Origin: an uncultured Candidatus Binatia bacterium
GTDB taxonomy: Bacteria > Desulfobacterota > Binatia > UBA9968 > CAXXLF01
NCBI GenBank assembly: GCA_965218425.1
Contig: OZ244621.1
Coordinates: 4,256,001 to 4,320,000, forward strand
DNA length: 64,000 nucleotides
Direction of reading: 5' to 3'
Of this stretch, positions 49,821 through 59,715 are shown one piece after another; within the stretch, counting starts at the first letter, position 1; every line of letters begins with the position of its first letter. The position numbers and the translations under genes were made by a program. The notes beneath the pieces are model-generated. The model ran no database searches. It saw nothing but the letters and a program-made list of their open reading frames with translations, and had not been told where the DNA came from.

Positions 49821-51563
49821 TCAATGGTGCCGCAAACCCATACGGATTCCAAAGGCTCTCGCCACTAATGCAACTCCCGCAGTCATGAGGATCATAAAGA
49901 GACTAACGATCCCTGCCTGCTCCAGCTCTTGCGTGGCCGGGTCTCGCATGAACTGCAAGACCACCAGCGATAGTGTCAGCGTGTCACGCGAAGCCAGCAA
50001 AATGATACTTGATGTTGCTCCCGCCGCAACGACGAAATTGAACGTTCCAATGGTCACCAGCGTGGGCATCATAATGGGGATCCAGATCTTAAAATAAGTG
50101 CGCCACCAACCGGCCCCTGACACACGCGCCTGCTCCTCTATGTCAGCTCCAACTTGGAGTATCACGCTTTTCACCATCTGGGTACTCAACAGCTTCCCTT
50201 GCAACACGACCACCAACATCAGTGCGTACATCGTTCCAAAGAGGGGCACGAGGAACGGCACACTGAGGAACATCCACAGTAACCCGAGTCCTGACAGGAT
50301 TCCCGGGATCGCACTCGACATCCAGAACACGGCGTCCAATAGTCCCCGAGCCGGCCATCGTGTTCGCACCAGTATATATGCAACAAGCGAAAACAATAGC
50401 GGAGAAATTACTCCGGTGGTCGCTCCCAGCAAAAGGGTAATACGCGCGGCCGACAGTATAAAAGAATCTCCCAAAACGGCCGCCCAGTGATCGAGAGTGA
50501 AAGGCGGCGTCGCGATGAAAAAGCCCAGCCTCGTCATAAAGCTCCCGCCCACCAAAGTGACGGTCGGAACTAACGTGAGCAAGGCCGCAAACGTCAAAAT
50601 AGCGACGAAAACCACTGGTAGTGCTCTGCCCAAATCGATAAGACCTGGACGAAACTGGCCGCTTACAGTCGTGTACTGGCGGCGGCTTAACAGCCAACGC
50701 TGAAGCGGAACGATGAGCAAGATAATGATCAGCGTCACGCTGGCGAGCGCTGTTGCCTGTCCGTATAATGGAGGGATTATACTACGCACATAGGAATGAA
50801 TCAGTGTTGAATACACGAAAAAGCCCGTTGGAGTACCAAGCAATTGCTCGATCTCAAAAGTCTGAAAAATCCTTATACTATTCAGCAGGAATACAAGGAC
50901 AATCGCCGGCATCATCACCGGCAATGTCACCCTCATCATGGTCCGTAGCTTGGAGGCACCTGAAACCGATGCCGCTTCTTCAAGAGCTGAGTCCATATTG
51001 CGGAAGGCTGGGGTTAGCAGCATGACTTTCATGGAGACCGTATTTCCCATAATATGGGCCCACACGATGCCGGGTACGGTGTAAATATTGAACGGACTGT
51101 CCGCTACAAACGGGAGCATCTCAATCAGTCTATTCAGTACACCCAACCTGGGATCCAAAAGGAAAATCCAACCCAAGGTGGTTGCCAGCTCAGGCATGAT
51201 ATAAGAAATCCAAAAGAGAAACTCGAGGCCATGGGAGAATGGCATCTTTGTCCGGGCGAGGCACCACGAGATGAGGACAGCGATGGGAAACCCGATTACG
51301 CTATACAGCGCAAACACTAAGATAGTGTTCCCAATAGCCCTAAATATCTCCGGCTCAGAGAACGCGATGCGCCAGTTATCCAACGAGAATTGGTACGGCT
51401 CTCCAATCCCGGCTATGTTGAAGCTATTGATAAAAATAAGCAGCAGGGGATATATGACCCAGGTGCCAAACACCACCAGTACCAACAGCATGACAAATGC
51501 GGGCACTATTAGCCGAGATGAGAATGAGCGGGACAGAGTCAATTGAGCCGGAATAAATCCCAT
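49821..51563 (-). CDS. ABC transporter permease (FbpB-type), close paralog of 46668
   Basis: Two EAA loops; shared TKMPFSHGLEFLFW. Confidence 0.92.
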   Translation of the reverse strand: MGFIPAQLTLSRSFSSRLIVPAFVMLLVLVVFGTWVIYPLLLIFINSFNIAGIGEPYQFSLDNWRIAFSEPEIFRAIGNTILVFALYSVIGFPIAVLISWCLARTKMPFSHGLEFLFWISYIMPELATTLGWIFLLDPRLGVLNRLIEMLPFVADSPFNIYTVPGIVWAHIMGNTVSMKVMLLTPAFRNMDSALEEAASVSGASKLRTMMRVTLPVMMPAIVLVFLLNSIRIFQTFEIEQLLGTPTGFFVYSTLIHSYVRSIIPPLYGQATALASVTLIIILLIVPLQRWLLSRRQYTTVSGQFRPGLIDLGRALPVVFVAILTFAALLTLVPTVTLVGGSFMTRLGFFIATPPFTLDHWAAVLGDSFILSAARITLLLGATTGVISPLLFSLVAYILVRTRWPARGLLDAVFWMSSAIPGILSGLGLLWMFLSVPFLVPLFGTMYALMLVVVLQGKLLSTQMVKSVILQVGADIEEQARVSGAGWWRTYFKIWIPIMMPTLVTIGTFNFVVAAGATSSIILLASRDTLTLSLVVLQFMRDPATQELEQAGIVSLFMILMTAGVALVARAFGIRMGLRHH

Positions 51564-51853
51564 CGAAACCTACACTCTGACATTTCGGCGAGAACAAGGA
51601 GTTACAATAGGTCGAGCAACTGTCTGACGAATCATGATTCTGGCAACTCTCCGTTCCAGGACCCCACTAGGCTGTCCAGTCCACTGTGAGCCTCACCAAG
51701 ATCTCGTCTCGCCAGATTAGACCACCCTGCGCAGTCGGGATAATTACGCTGGGCGGCAAAGAGTATCTGCATCATTTTACTGAAAGCCGATAATCCCGTC
51801 ACCCGACCGCAGGGCGCCGGATTCGGCTCCGTCCACTTGAGGCAACCCAGTAA

Positions 51854-52963
51854 TCAGCGGCTCCGCATTGCCTTCTGCCAGAACGCTGTCGCTTCGTTGA
51901 TGCTCTCGGCAACATCCGGTAGACTCTCGAGGAAGAAGTAGTTTCTCCCCTTCTTTCGGCGATCCTCCGGATCCACGTTGTCCTTTGGGATGTCTACGCG
52001 GAGCGAATCGGCCTTCGTTACCTTTTGGACCACTGACATCCCTTCCTTGGAAAGAAGCCAATTGACGAACAGCTTCGCCGCATTGGGGTGAGGCGCCCGG
52101 TTCAGGACTTGAACCGTGTGACCACCGATGCCCAGCCTCTCACCTTCCTTGAAGCCTTTGTCCAAGTTGGTCACCGGGAGTCCTTGTCTCTTTGCTTTTC
52201 GAACTTCGCTCCGAGAGCACCAGGGACAGATGGCAAAATCACCGCTACCTAACAGATCCACGGACTGTCGCGTGCTGGTTGCAATAAATGACGCCTTGAC
52301 GAGCTTACGCAGATAGTCCTTCCCGAGGACCTTCCATATGAACAAGAGGCTGGATGATCCCCCCCCACCACCGAGGTTCCGCACCACGAGCTTTCCCTTC
52401 CACTGGGGGTCAAAAAAGTCGGTATAGGAGTTCAGCTTACCCGGGTCCACCAGGCCAGTGTTGATGCCCGCGTCCGAACCCCCAGGGGTCGCAATGAAGG
52501 CAGCGGTCCATCGCTTTTCCTCATCAACCCAAGGGAACTTGCCCAGATACCACCCTTTTGCGTCAAGGACCTCCGGATTGATGAGCAGCGGCTTCAGGGG
52601 AGTAATCGCATTTGCTGGCCTTAACAAAGTGAGCGCGATATTTGATCCGCCTGTCCAGATATCAATCGTATTTTTCCCTGCACCACGCTCTGCCTTCACA
52701 CGCTCCCAGTTCTGCGTAGAGGAACCTGTGATGTTCATCTTTAGGTCGATTTTGAAGCGGGATTCAAATGCCTTCTCGAACTTCCTGGCATTTTTGCTGC
52801 GCGAGAGTAGATGACTAAAGAACCCATCGAGCTGACCCTCCTTCTCTGCTGCCGCTACCAGCTCGGCCCATTGCTGCTGAAAGCTAGCAGTGAACCCGCG
52901 CGGCACGAATACGATCATCGTACTAACTACCATAATCAATGTTAGTGCTAGTCGCGTTATCAT
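51854..52963 (-). CDS. ABC transporter substrate-binding protein, close paralog of 48610
   Basis: SFQQQW.ELV.AAEKEG, SRSKNAR, CPWCS, APHPNAAKLFVNWLLSKEG. Confidence 0.9.
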   Translation of the reverse strand: MITRLALTLIMVVSTMIVFVPRGFTASFQQQWAELVAAAEKEGQLDGFFSHLLSRSKNARKFEKAFESRFKIDLKMNITGSSTQNWERVKAERGAGKNTIDIWTGGSNIALTLLRPANAITPLKPLLINPEVLDAKGWYLGKFPWVDEEKRWTAAFIATPGGSDAGINTGLVDPGKLNSYTDFFDPQWKGKLVVRNLGGGGGSSSLLFIWKVLGKDYLRKLVKASFIATSTRQSVDLLGSGDFAICPWCSRSEVRKAKRQGLPVTNLDKGFKEGERLGIGGHTVQVLNRAPHPNAAKLFVNWLLSKEGMSVVQKVTKADSLRVDIPKDNVDPEDRRKKGRNYFFLESLPDVAESINEATAFWQKAMRSR

Positions 52964-53200
52964 CTTTTTCCCCTCCCTTTTATATTATGTTTTATGTATT
53001 GTAGCCACGAACCGCTCTTTTCTAACTGCTTCACGAAAAATCCCCGTCCATCATTATCCCCAACATCATATGGATTGTCGCCTGCCCTTAACGCCCGTCA
53101 TGAAACGGCAGTCATTCCTCCACCCCCACCCACCGACTATAGCAAAGCGTTGCTCTGTCTCTCTCCTCTGTTCTATCACTATGGGTTCCGCCAGGACTTC

Positions 53201-54280
53201 TTAGGGAGCACGCTTGTAGCGGGGGCGCGGCAGTATTACCTCGGCCCCGCTCGCCGCGCACTCTCGAGCATACATTTCGTATATCTCGGTGTCTTCCTCT
53301 TCGTAGGCGATACCCATCATTTCGCTTTCAGTGTTGTAGCCTTGGTTTGGTTTTTTTCTCGTATCGAGGGAACCCAAACGAATCGCTATGTACCGGGCGG
53401 AATGGGGGCTCGAGTTGAAATGTTGGTGGAATTGCCCCTCTTTGGGTGAGATGACAGAGCCTTCTTTCCAGTCCACTCGCTGGCGACGGTCCTCCTCACC
53501 CTCATACCACAGAAGGGAATAGCCCTTGCCGTCCACGATGATTACGTGTGCTCCAATCCCATGTCGGTGCGCCCGTTTGTAAGTACCAGGTGGGAAGGCG
53601 CTGCAGTGGCCTTCGCTCAGATTGTTCGACAACATCCAGAGCCGCCCTACCGCATCCTTGCCTCGACGCGACGGAAAAAGCTCCATGGTGCGAACGTCGG
53701 GGATAAAGTTGGTCTTCCACATGTTGTGGCTGATCATCTTGCCCTGGCCTCTGAAGAATTCCGGCGATCCATCAAATCTGTCCTCGAAAACATAAGGGTT
53801 CGAGAAAACAAACCCATTATTTCTGTAGATGTTGATGACCATGGGTGCATTGGTCACTGCAAATAGCCGGGTCGCCTCAGCCCCGTTCCCGTTGAACAAC
53901 TGGTAGTGGCAGTTAATGGGCGGAGAAAACACGCTGCCTGTCTGCCACTCAACGGTCTGTTGATCACCACCTTGCTGCCAAAACATCGTAGCGCCCCGGC
54001 CCTCAACAACATAATAGGAAGCCTCGAAGCAGTGGTGCAGCACTTCCGTCTTGCCGGCCGGCGCCAGCTCCAGCACCCACCCGTCGTCCTCCTGCTGGTC
54101 CGCCAAGTTCACGAAGGCACCCCGCTGGCCGATGCGCGGCCATGGAGCGAGCTCCGTGGTATGCAGGTCCGGCAAAAACGCGCCGGTGTGCACAGGGATG
54201 CCTTCAGCCTTTTGCCACTGCTGATAGGGGGTTTCCCATTTCCGATAACGCGGAATGTATTCGCTTTGCTCCTCTGCCAT
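53201..54280 (-). CDS. Bicupin protein
   Basis: YQQWQKAEGIPVH, YKRAHRHGIG, FHQHFN, IAYEEED. Confidence 0.85.
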   Translation of the reverse strand: MAEEQSEYIPRYRKWETPYQQWQKAEGIPVHTGAFLPDLHTTELAPWPRIGQRGAFVNLADQQEDDGWVLELAPAGKTEVLHHCFEASYYVVEGRGATMFWQQGGDQQTVEWQTGSVFSPPINCHYQLFNGNGAEATRLFAVTNAPMVINIYRNNGFVFSNPYVFEDRFDGSPEFFRGQGKMISHNMWKTNFIPDVRTMELFPSRRGKDAVGRLWMLSNNLSEGHCSAFPPGTYKRAHRHGIGAHVIIVDGKGYSLLWYEGEEDRRQRVDWKEGSVISPKEGQFHQHFNSSPHSARYIAIRLGSLDTRKKPNQGYNTESEMMGIAYEEEDTEIYEMYARECAASGAEVILPRPRYKRAP

Positions 54281-54430
54281 ATACCATTCTCCTTGAAGAT
54301 TCCTTTTTCAGGCGCCTAGATACCAGTAGTAGCGAAGAAAGACCCCGCCTGAAGCTGTGGACCCGATCTATGTCAAAATTTGTTCTTATCCTATGTCAGC
54401 ATACGGCCATTCCCTGCCTGACGTTGGGCG

Positions 54431-55390
54431 CTATTGCCAATAGGCAAATGCGCAGGCGCAACCTGTGCCGGCCCGGGAGCGGTAGCATGGCTCATAGGCC
54501 ACCAGATTCATCGAAGCTTCACTTTCGTGAACCGCCCCCGCAGTCACGATCCAGTTGCGAATTTCGCCGTTACCAAAGTTGAAGCGATTCTCTGGAAGGC
54601 GGGTGAGTCGTACCTCGTCCTTCTCCTGCATGACCGAGAGCACCTCATGATCCAGCTCTTCATCGATAACCATATGGCTGAGCCCCCCTGTCCCAATGAC
54701 TGCCACTGTTTTCTCACTGTCCCAGGATTCGATGGCCCGACGCAGTCCCTTGCCCAAACTATAACACCGGCTGAGTGTGGGTTGGTTAGGGGCGTAGTAG
54801 GTATTCAAGAAAATTGGCACATGGGGTGGAACTCTGTTTTCCATGATGCGGGCATAAACAAAGTCAAACGCGTGACCTATGGAGCGACCCTCGGGTATTA
54901 CCCGCGTGTGGGACACGTCGAACGACTCAGCGTTTAAAGACGCAATAATATGCCGGCCTAAGTCCGGCTCACCTTGCCAAACGTTAGGACTTTTTTGAGC
55001 AGGCCGGCCACGGCTGCCGTGGGGAAAATGGCGCAACTCCTTACCCCAAAACACATCCACAGCCGGAATGTGATCCTCGGGCATGAAAACTTCGTGGGTG
55101 TCATCCCCCACAATCACCACAACATCCGGCGACACATGCTTCAGTGTCTCACTGAGGGTTGCAATGGCTTTCTGACAAACGTTGTGCCGTCGGTCAAATA
55201 CCTCTTGCTTGAGCTCTTTGTCTATCCAGGATTCTCGTTCTCGGACCATCGCATCGAGGTCCAAGTTCATGGGCATGCCTCCTCCAGTGGGACCCCGCAT
55301 ATCTCGCTCGCCAGATGCAGTCCACCGGTCAGAAGAGCCATTGAGACCTGGCGCATGAGAGGTCGCCATGCCTAGCACCATTTTCGCCAT
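54431..55390 (-). CDS. DesZ/LigZ-type extradiol dioxygenase
   Basis: ATSHAP, GDDTHE, GHAF, NQPTLSRCY, GGLSH, GEIRNW, YRSRAGTGC. Confidence 0.85.
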   Translation of the reverse strand: MAKMVLGMATSHAPGLNGSSDRWTASGERDMRGPTGGGMPMNLDLDAMVRERESWIDKELKQEVFDRRHNVCQKAIATLSETLKHVSPDVVVIVGDDTHEVFMPEDHIPAVDVFWGKELRHFPHGSRGRPAQKSPNVWQGEPDLGRHIIASLNAESFDVSHTRVIPEGRSIGHAFDFVYARIMENRVPPHVPIFLNTYYAPNQPTLSRCYSLGKGLRRAIESWDSEKTVAVIGTGGLSHMVIDEELDHEVLSVMQEKDEVRLTRLPENRFNFGNGEIRNWIVTAGAVHESEASMNLVAYEPCYRSRAGTGCACAFAYWQ

Positions 55391-55541
55391 GTTTTCCTCC
55401 TTTGGTCGCCTTTCCCGTCACCGGCTCGGGCAGGCGACAGCCCATTTTATCTCTTGCATCTTCTCCAGGCGTAAAGTTGCCGAAATCAAAATTTCCGCGT
55501 TGTACATAGAATTCAGAGCTCCCTTTTTTTAATAACCGCCA

Positions 55542-55994
55542 TCAATCACCAAGCGCCAGAGCCACTACCGCCTGGATGCGCTCGTGGCGAAGCCCGGCTG
55601 GGGCGACGTTCAGCACGTGGTAGGTGGGTCGCCGCGCTGGGTCAGGGAAGTTCTTAGCTATCTGGTTGTGTGCCGTAGGCCGGTAAGCGTCATCCATCAC
55701 ATAAAGGGTGAGACAGATGATATCCGACAGAGTCCCTCCGGCGGCTTCCGCAAATTGGCGGATGTGGCGGAATAGAACTTCCGCCTCCTCCTCCACTCGC
55801 TCAGGCAAGCGACGCTTCGGATCGCGCGCATTCTCGTCGTGGCCGGACATCATTGAAGAGAATGCAAGGCTACCTTTTGCCTGACGCTTCACCTTCATTG
55901 CGGGTGGGATCACACCACGGGCGATCTGGCCGGTACTTTCCGCCGCTCCCTCGGGACGCCGGACAAACTCTACAAGCTCACGAACATTGCCCAT
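55542..55994 (-). CDS. Divergent RidA/YjgF/UK114-family protein
   Basis: EAEVLFRHIRQFAEAAGGTLSDII.LTLYV...FPDPARRPTYH. Confidence 0.75.
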   Translation of the reverse strand: MGNVRELVEFVRRPEGAAESTGQIARGVIPPAMKVKRQAKGSLAFSSMMSGHDENARDPKRRLPERVEEEAEVLFRHIRQFAEAAGGTLSDIICLTLYVMDDAYRPTAHNQIAKNFPDPARRPTYHVLNVAPAGLRHERIQAVVALALGD

Positions 55995-56030
55995 TTAATT
56001 AGACCTCCGTGTTAAATTTCCAACAGCTCA

Positions 56031-56813
56031 TTAATAGCGGCGGACCTCTCGCACCGCCTTGATATACTCCTCTGCACCGTCGTACATAACTTTCGCAAGG
56101 TTAAGACCATGGCGAGGTGGCCCATCCAGGGTTGCCACGCTGTAGGTGAAGCCGGTAATTCGCCCATCTGCCTCGGGCCCGGCGTGGGACGACCCGCCAA
56201 GCACGGGAATGGCGACCTTGCGAGATACCTCGGCGTAGATCTCCGGGTTCTTCACATGCGTGAGGTCGAGCAAGGAAGCACCAATCTCCTCCAGCAGTCT
56301 GGCCTCCTCGAGGATGCGGTTGTGCTCGCGGTTAGCGTCTGCTTCGGAAACATTGTCGAAACTGCCGATCTTTAACGTCGACTGAGGTGAGAAACCGAAC
56401 TGCGTCCAGACGGGGATGCCGGTCTTGACGATGGCTCGCACCGAGTCAATGTTAGCCACGGCGTTGTCGATTTTGACCATCTCGGCGTGACCCTCCTTGA
56501 CCAACCGGATTGCGGCACGCACCGCTGCATCCGGCCCCTCTTGGGGCGGTCCAAACGGCATGTCGCAATTCACTAGGGCCCGCTTCGCGCCACGGCTAAC
56601 GGCACCACAAGCCAATACCATGAGGTCAACGGTGGTTTCGTGGTGAGTTAGCTGGCCAAAGCGGTTGCGGCCGATGCTATCGCCTACAGTCAGGATATCG
56701 ATGCCGACCCGGTCGAGGATCTGGGCTTGCTGAAAGTCGTATGTAATGGCCGCCGCGATCTTCACTCCGTCGCGCTTCATCCGCTGAATATCAGCAACAT
56801 TAAGCTTTGCCAT
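56031..56813 (-). CDS. PanB-like protein, strongly divergent active site
   Basis: ITYDF, TVGDS, CDMPFG, VKIDN, TQFGFSPQ, DLTHVK. Confidence 0.82.
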   Translation of the reverse strand: MAKLNVADIQRMKRDGVKIAAAITYDFQQAQILDRVGIDILTVGDSIGRNRFGQLTHHETTVDLMVLACGAVSRGAKRALVNCDMPFGPPQEGPDAAVRAAIRLVKEGHAEMVKIDNAVANIDSVRAIVKTGIPVWTQFGFSPQSTLKIGSFDNVSEADANREHNRILEEARLLEEIGASLLDLTHVKNPEIYAEVSRKVAIPVLGGSSHAGPEADGRITGFTYSVATLDGPPRHGLNLAKVMYDGAEEYIKAVREVRRY

Positions 56814-56855
56814 CCTTCACCTCCCGTGCTCCATGCTCTGTGCTGGGATAATCTC

Positions 56856-58079
56856 CTACACCGACGTTGCCCAAAATCGGCGCCAATCCACAGACTGTGG
56901 AACCAAATCGGACCGTACAACCAGTTCGTTCAATGACGAAAACGATGCCTCATCGGTGAGCGGGGGAGGCTTACCTTCCTGAATTTCGAGTATAGCGTTA
57001 AGCAGCTTTTTGCGAGTGACAATGATGGCTTTGTCGCAATAGCCCAAGTGTTCCTCCGTCCGATCTTGAATAGCACCCTCACCCTCAGTCGCCCACAAAT
57101 CCTGTGCCTGGAACGAAGGTCCCATCCCGGTAAATGTCTTAGTTTTCATCTCCTCTGGATCCTGGAGATACCGATTGTGCTTTCCTCGATCCAACCGGTA
57201 AAACGCATCCACAGGGTTTCGGTCCCAAGCCACAGCAGCCTTGTCCAAGGGCGCGCTCCGGCGAAACATAAGAACATACTTCCAGTGATGTTCATCATCA
57301 ACCGGCACATGCCAATTTACCGTGTATCCATCCGCCAAACCGGTCCCAATGGCACAGAGACTTGGAAAAACAAAATAGGTTATCCGAACATAATGCTTGT
57401 CCGGAGGTACTGCCCGTACCGAAAAAACACGGACACCAAAAGGGGTTTCTTCCGCCTCGACAATGGCAGAGGGATCGCCCCAAATATATCTGATATATTT
57501 GGGAGTCGATTCGGACTCTAATTGGCGATGAAGATAGGTGCTATGGACGGGGTCGATATTGCCTTCGGCAGCCTGCAAATAATTACAGTCATGCCATATC
57601 TTGCTACTGAATCGATATTCTTCCTTAGCTTCCAGAAACTCAAAGGGAGGTATGGGCGGTGGCTGACCCAGACCCATATAGGTCAGGATTAACCCGCCAA
57701 CTTCTCTGCAGGGAAAACTTTTTTGTCTGATTTTGTCTTGGAAGCGGCTCCCCTCTGGTTCACCTGGCTGTTCGAGACACCTGCCGTTCGTGTCGTAGAG
57801 CCACCCGTGATAAAGGCACCGTAAGCCGCCGTTCTCAATTCGCCCGTAGCTCAAATCTGCGCCCCTGTGCGCACAGTGGATCCCAAGAAGCCCGATCCGA
57901 TTACGGTCATCGCGAAAAAGAGCTAGATCTTCCCCAAGAAGCCGGACGGCCAATGGCCGACCTCCCGATGGCAACTCGTCCGCTAACGCGACGGGTTGCC
58001 AATACCGTCGCATGAATTCGCCAGCAGGAGTACCCGGACCTACGCGTGTAACGAGGTCGTTGTCGTGACGGCTAAGCAT
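56856..58079 (-). CDS. Rieske oxygenase alpha subunit (OphA2/LigXa-like)
   Basis: VGPGTPAGEFMRRYWQP; CAHRG...CLYHGW; EGNIDPVHSTYLH; QDLWATEGEG. Confidence 0.92.
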   Translation of the reverse strand: MLSRHDNDLVTRVGPGTPAGEFMRRYWQPVALADELPSGGRPLAVRLLGEDLALFRDDRNRIGLLGIHCAHRGADLSYGRIENGGLRCLYHGWLYDTNGRCLEQPGEPEGSRFQDKIRQKSFPCREVGGLILTYMGLGQPPPIPPFEFLEAKEEYRFSSKIWHDCNYLQAAEGNIDPVHSTYLHRQLESESTPKYIRYIWGDPSAIVEAEETPFGVRVFSVRAVPPDKHYVRITYFVFPSLCAIGTGLADGYTVNWHVPVDDEHHWKYVLMFRRSAPLDKAAVAWDRNPVDAFYRLDRGKHNRYLQDPEEMKTKTFTGMGPSFQAQDLWATEGEGAIQDRTEEHLGYCDKAIIVTRKKLLNAILEIQEGKPPPLTDEASFSSLNELVVRSDLVPQSVDWRRFWATSV

Positions 58080-58193
58080 ATACTACCCCCCTCTTACGTG
58101 GAGCTGTCTAGACGAATCCTTCCGTGAACATTCCCTCCAAATAATACCAATGAAACTGCCTCAGAATAACAAAGACCGAACAAAACGGGGCGG

Positions 58194-58222
58194 ACTATAA
58201 ACCCGCACTAAATCTTTGTCAA
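58194..58222 (-). promoter_or_regulatory. sigma70-type promoter for the Rieske-PanB-like-Rid operon
   Basis: TTGACA-N17-TATAGT. Confidence 0.65.
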
Positions 58223-58517
58223 CCAAAATGGCGCCAAGTACCTAAAAGTCTTCAAATAGGGCAGCCGAGAAGCGACTGGCAGGCCAGATTCTTGTGAGCA
58301 CTTGCGGCGTCTGAGCGCGGCAAATGTCTTGCATGGGGACTATATCAGGCTGCGAAGTGACAGCATCCTATGCCCATCTGCGGAGATGAACCGACAGGGA
58401 GAAATTTCAGTTCAAGACATACACGATATTCTTTCTTCCGTAGTATCGAGAAGGGGTTCCCAGCGTACTTACATACATCAATGAAGCCATGGCATCACCG
58501 TAATTTTTTTCGACGTC

Positions 58518-59519
58518 CTAGTTTGGCGCCGCTATGGGTCTATCTAACTTAAAGAGCTTCCTGGCATTATCCTCGAAAATCTTCCGCCGATCCTGCTCCG
58601 TCAACCACTCAATTTCCTCGATAACGGGTTTTAAATCGTCCATCTGGCGGCCAGTATCGGGATGAGTTTTACTACCCGTGCCCGGATTCTCCGTCGAAAA
58701 CATGCACCGGTCAGGTCCCATCACTTTGAACAAGAGTTCCAACGACTCTTTGGTATAAATGCAAGTATCGTAATGCAGTTTTTTGACCGCGTCCTCAAAA
58801 CGTTCCGGAGAACGCCCATATCTCGATGCCATAAACCGACCCATTTGATAAGGGATAGCTCCCCCTCCATGGGAAATAATTAGCTTGAGGCTTGGAAAAT
58901 CTTTAAAAACCTGTGAGTCCAGCAAGGACATGATCGCGATACTCTCCTCAGTAATGAAGTGTAAACTGTAACTCATACGGCTGGACTGGCAACTGGATGA
59001 GTGCACCAATGCAGGGATGTCCAATTCCACCAGCTTCTCGTAGAGCGGGTACCAGAACTCATCTCCCATAGCTGGAGTCTCCTCACCACCCATTTCCCCG
59101 GGGTCCGGGTTGATAAGGCAACCGATAAAGCCAAACTCCTTGACGCAGCGCTCCAGCTCCTCGAAGCAGTTTTTTGGACTTTCCCCGGGGGACTGCGGCA
59201 AGCCACAAACACCCCTAAACTTGTCGGGGTGCAATTTTACCTGCCTGGCAATGATATTGTTGGTTTCTTCCATCCACCACCGTACGAGCTTCTCAGGTTT
59301 GGCATAGTGCATCATCAGGTTCGGCCGAGGCGATATGAATTGCATGTCGGTTCCAGCCTCATGAATACGACTCAGGTGGCGCTGAAGGGCCGATTCCAAC
59401 TCCTCGTCGCTCGCGTTCACACCACCACGTCCGTGATTCCCGCGGTGACCAAGCAACATAGACCGGTAGTAGTGCCACTTGCGTGGTGCGCTGACATGAG
59501 CATGAATATCGATAACCAT
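58518..59519 (-). CDS. Amidohydrolase-family protein, 4-oxalomesaconate hydratase (LigJ)-like
   Basis: VIDIHAH, GTDMQFISPRP, GLPQSPG, INPDPG, WYPLYEKLVELDIPALVH, HGGGAIPYQMGRF. Confidence 0.82.
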   Translation of the reverse strand: MVIDIHAHVSAPRKWHYYRSMLLGHRGNHGRGGVNASDEELESALQRHLSRIHEAGTDMQFISPRPNLMMHYAKPEKLVRWWMEETNNIIARQVKLHPDKFRGVCGLPQSPGESPKNCFEELERCVKEFGFIGCLINPDPGEMGGEETPAMGDEFWYPLYEKLVELDIPALVHSSSCQSSRMSYSLHFITEESIAIMSLLDSQVFKDFPSLKLIISHGGGAIPYQMGRFMASRYGRSPERFEDAVKKLHYDTCIYTKESLELLFKVMGPDRCMFSTENPGTGSKTHPDTGRQMDDLKPVIEEIEWLTEQDRRKIFEDNARKLFKLDRPIAAPN

Positions 59520-59715
59520 TGAAATCAACCTCCTCGTTATTTCGATTTCTACCGGAACTCACTCAGTGGTTGCATGTTAGAGATATAGGTTATTCGTCAA
59601 AGAACATGAAAGTGTAAAAAGTGTTGTCCTCCCCTGCATGTGGTTTTAGTTGGCACAGTCCGCCGAAGAGACTTGTGGCAGTGGGTGATCGATTGGGCTG
59701 TTATCGATTGTTTCG

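Noticed and set aside
58302..58552. Two 60-aa plus-strand ORFs
   Set aside because: No RBS or recognisable homology; probably non-coding or an unrecognisable relic.
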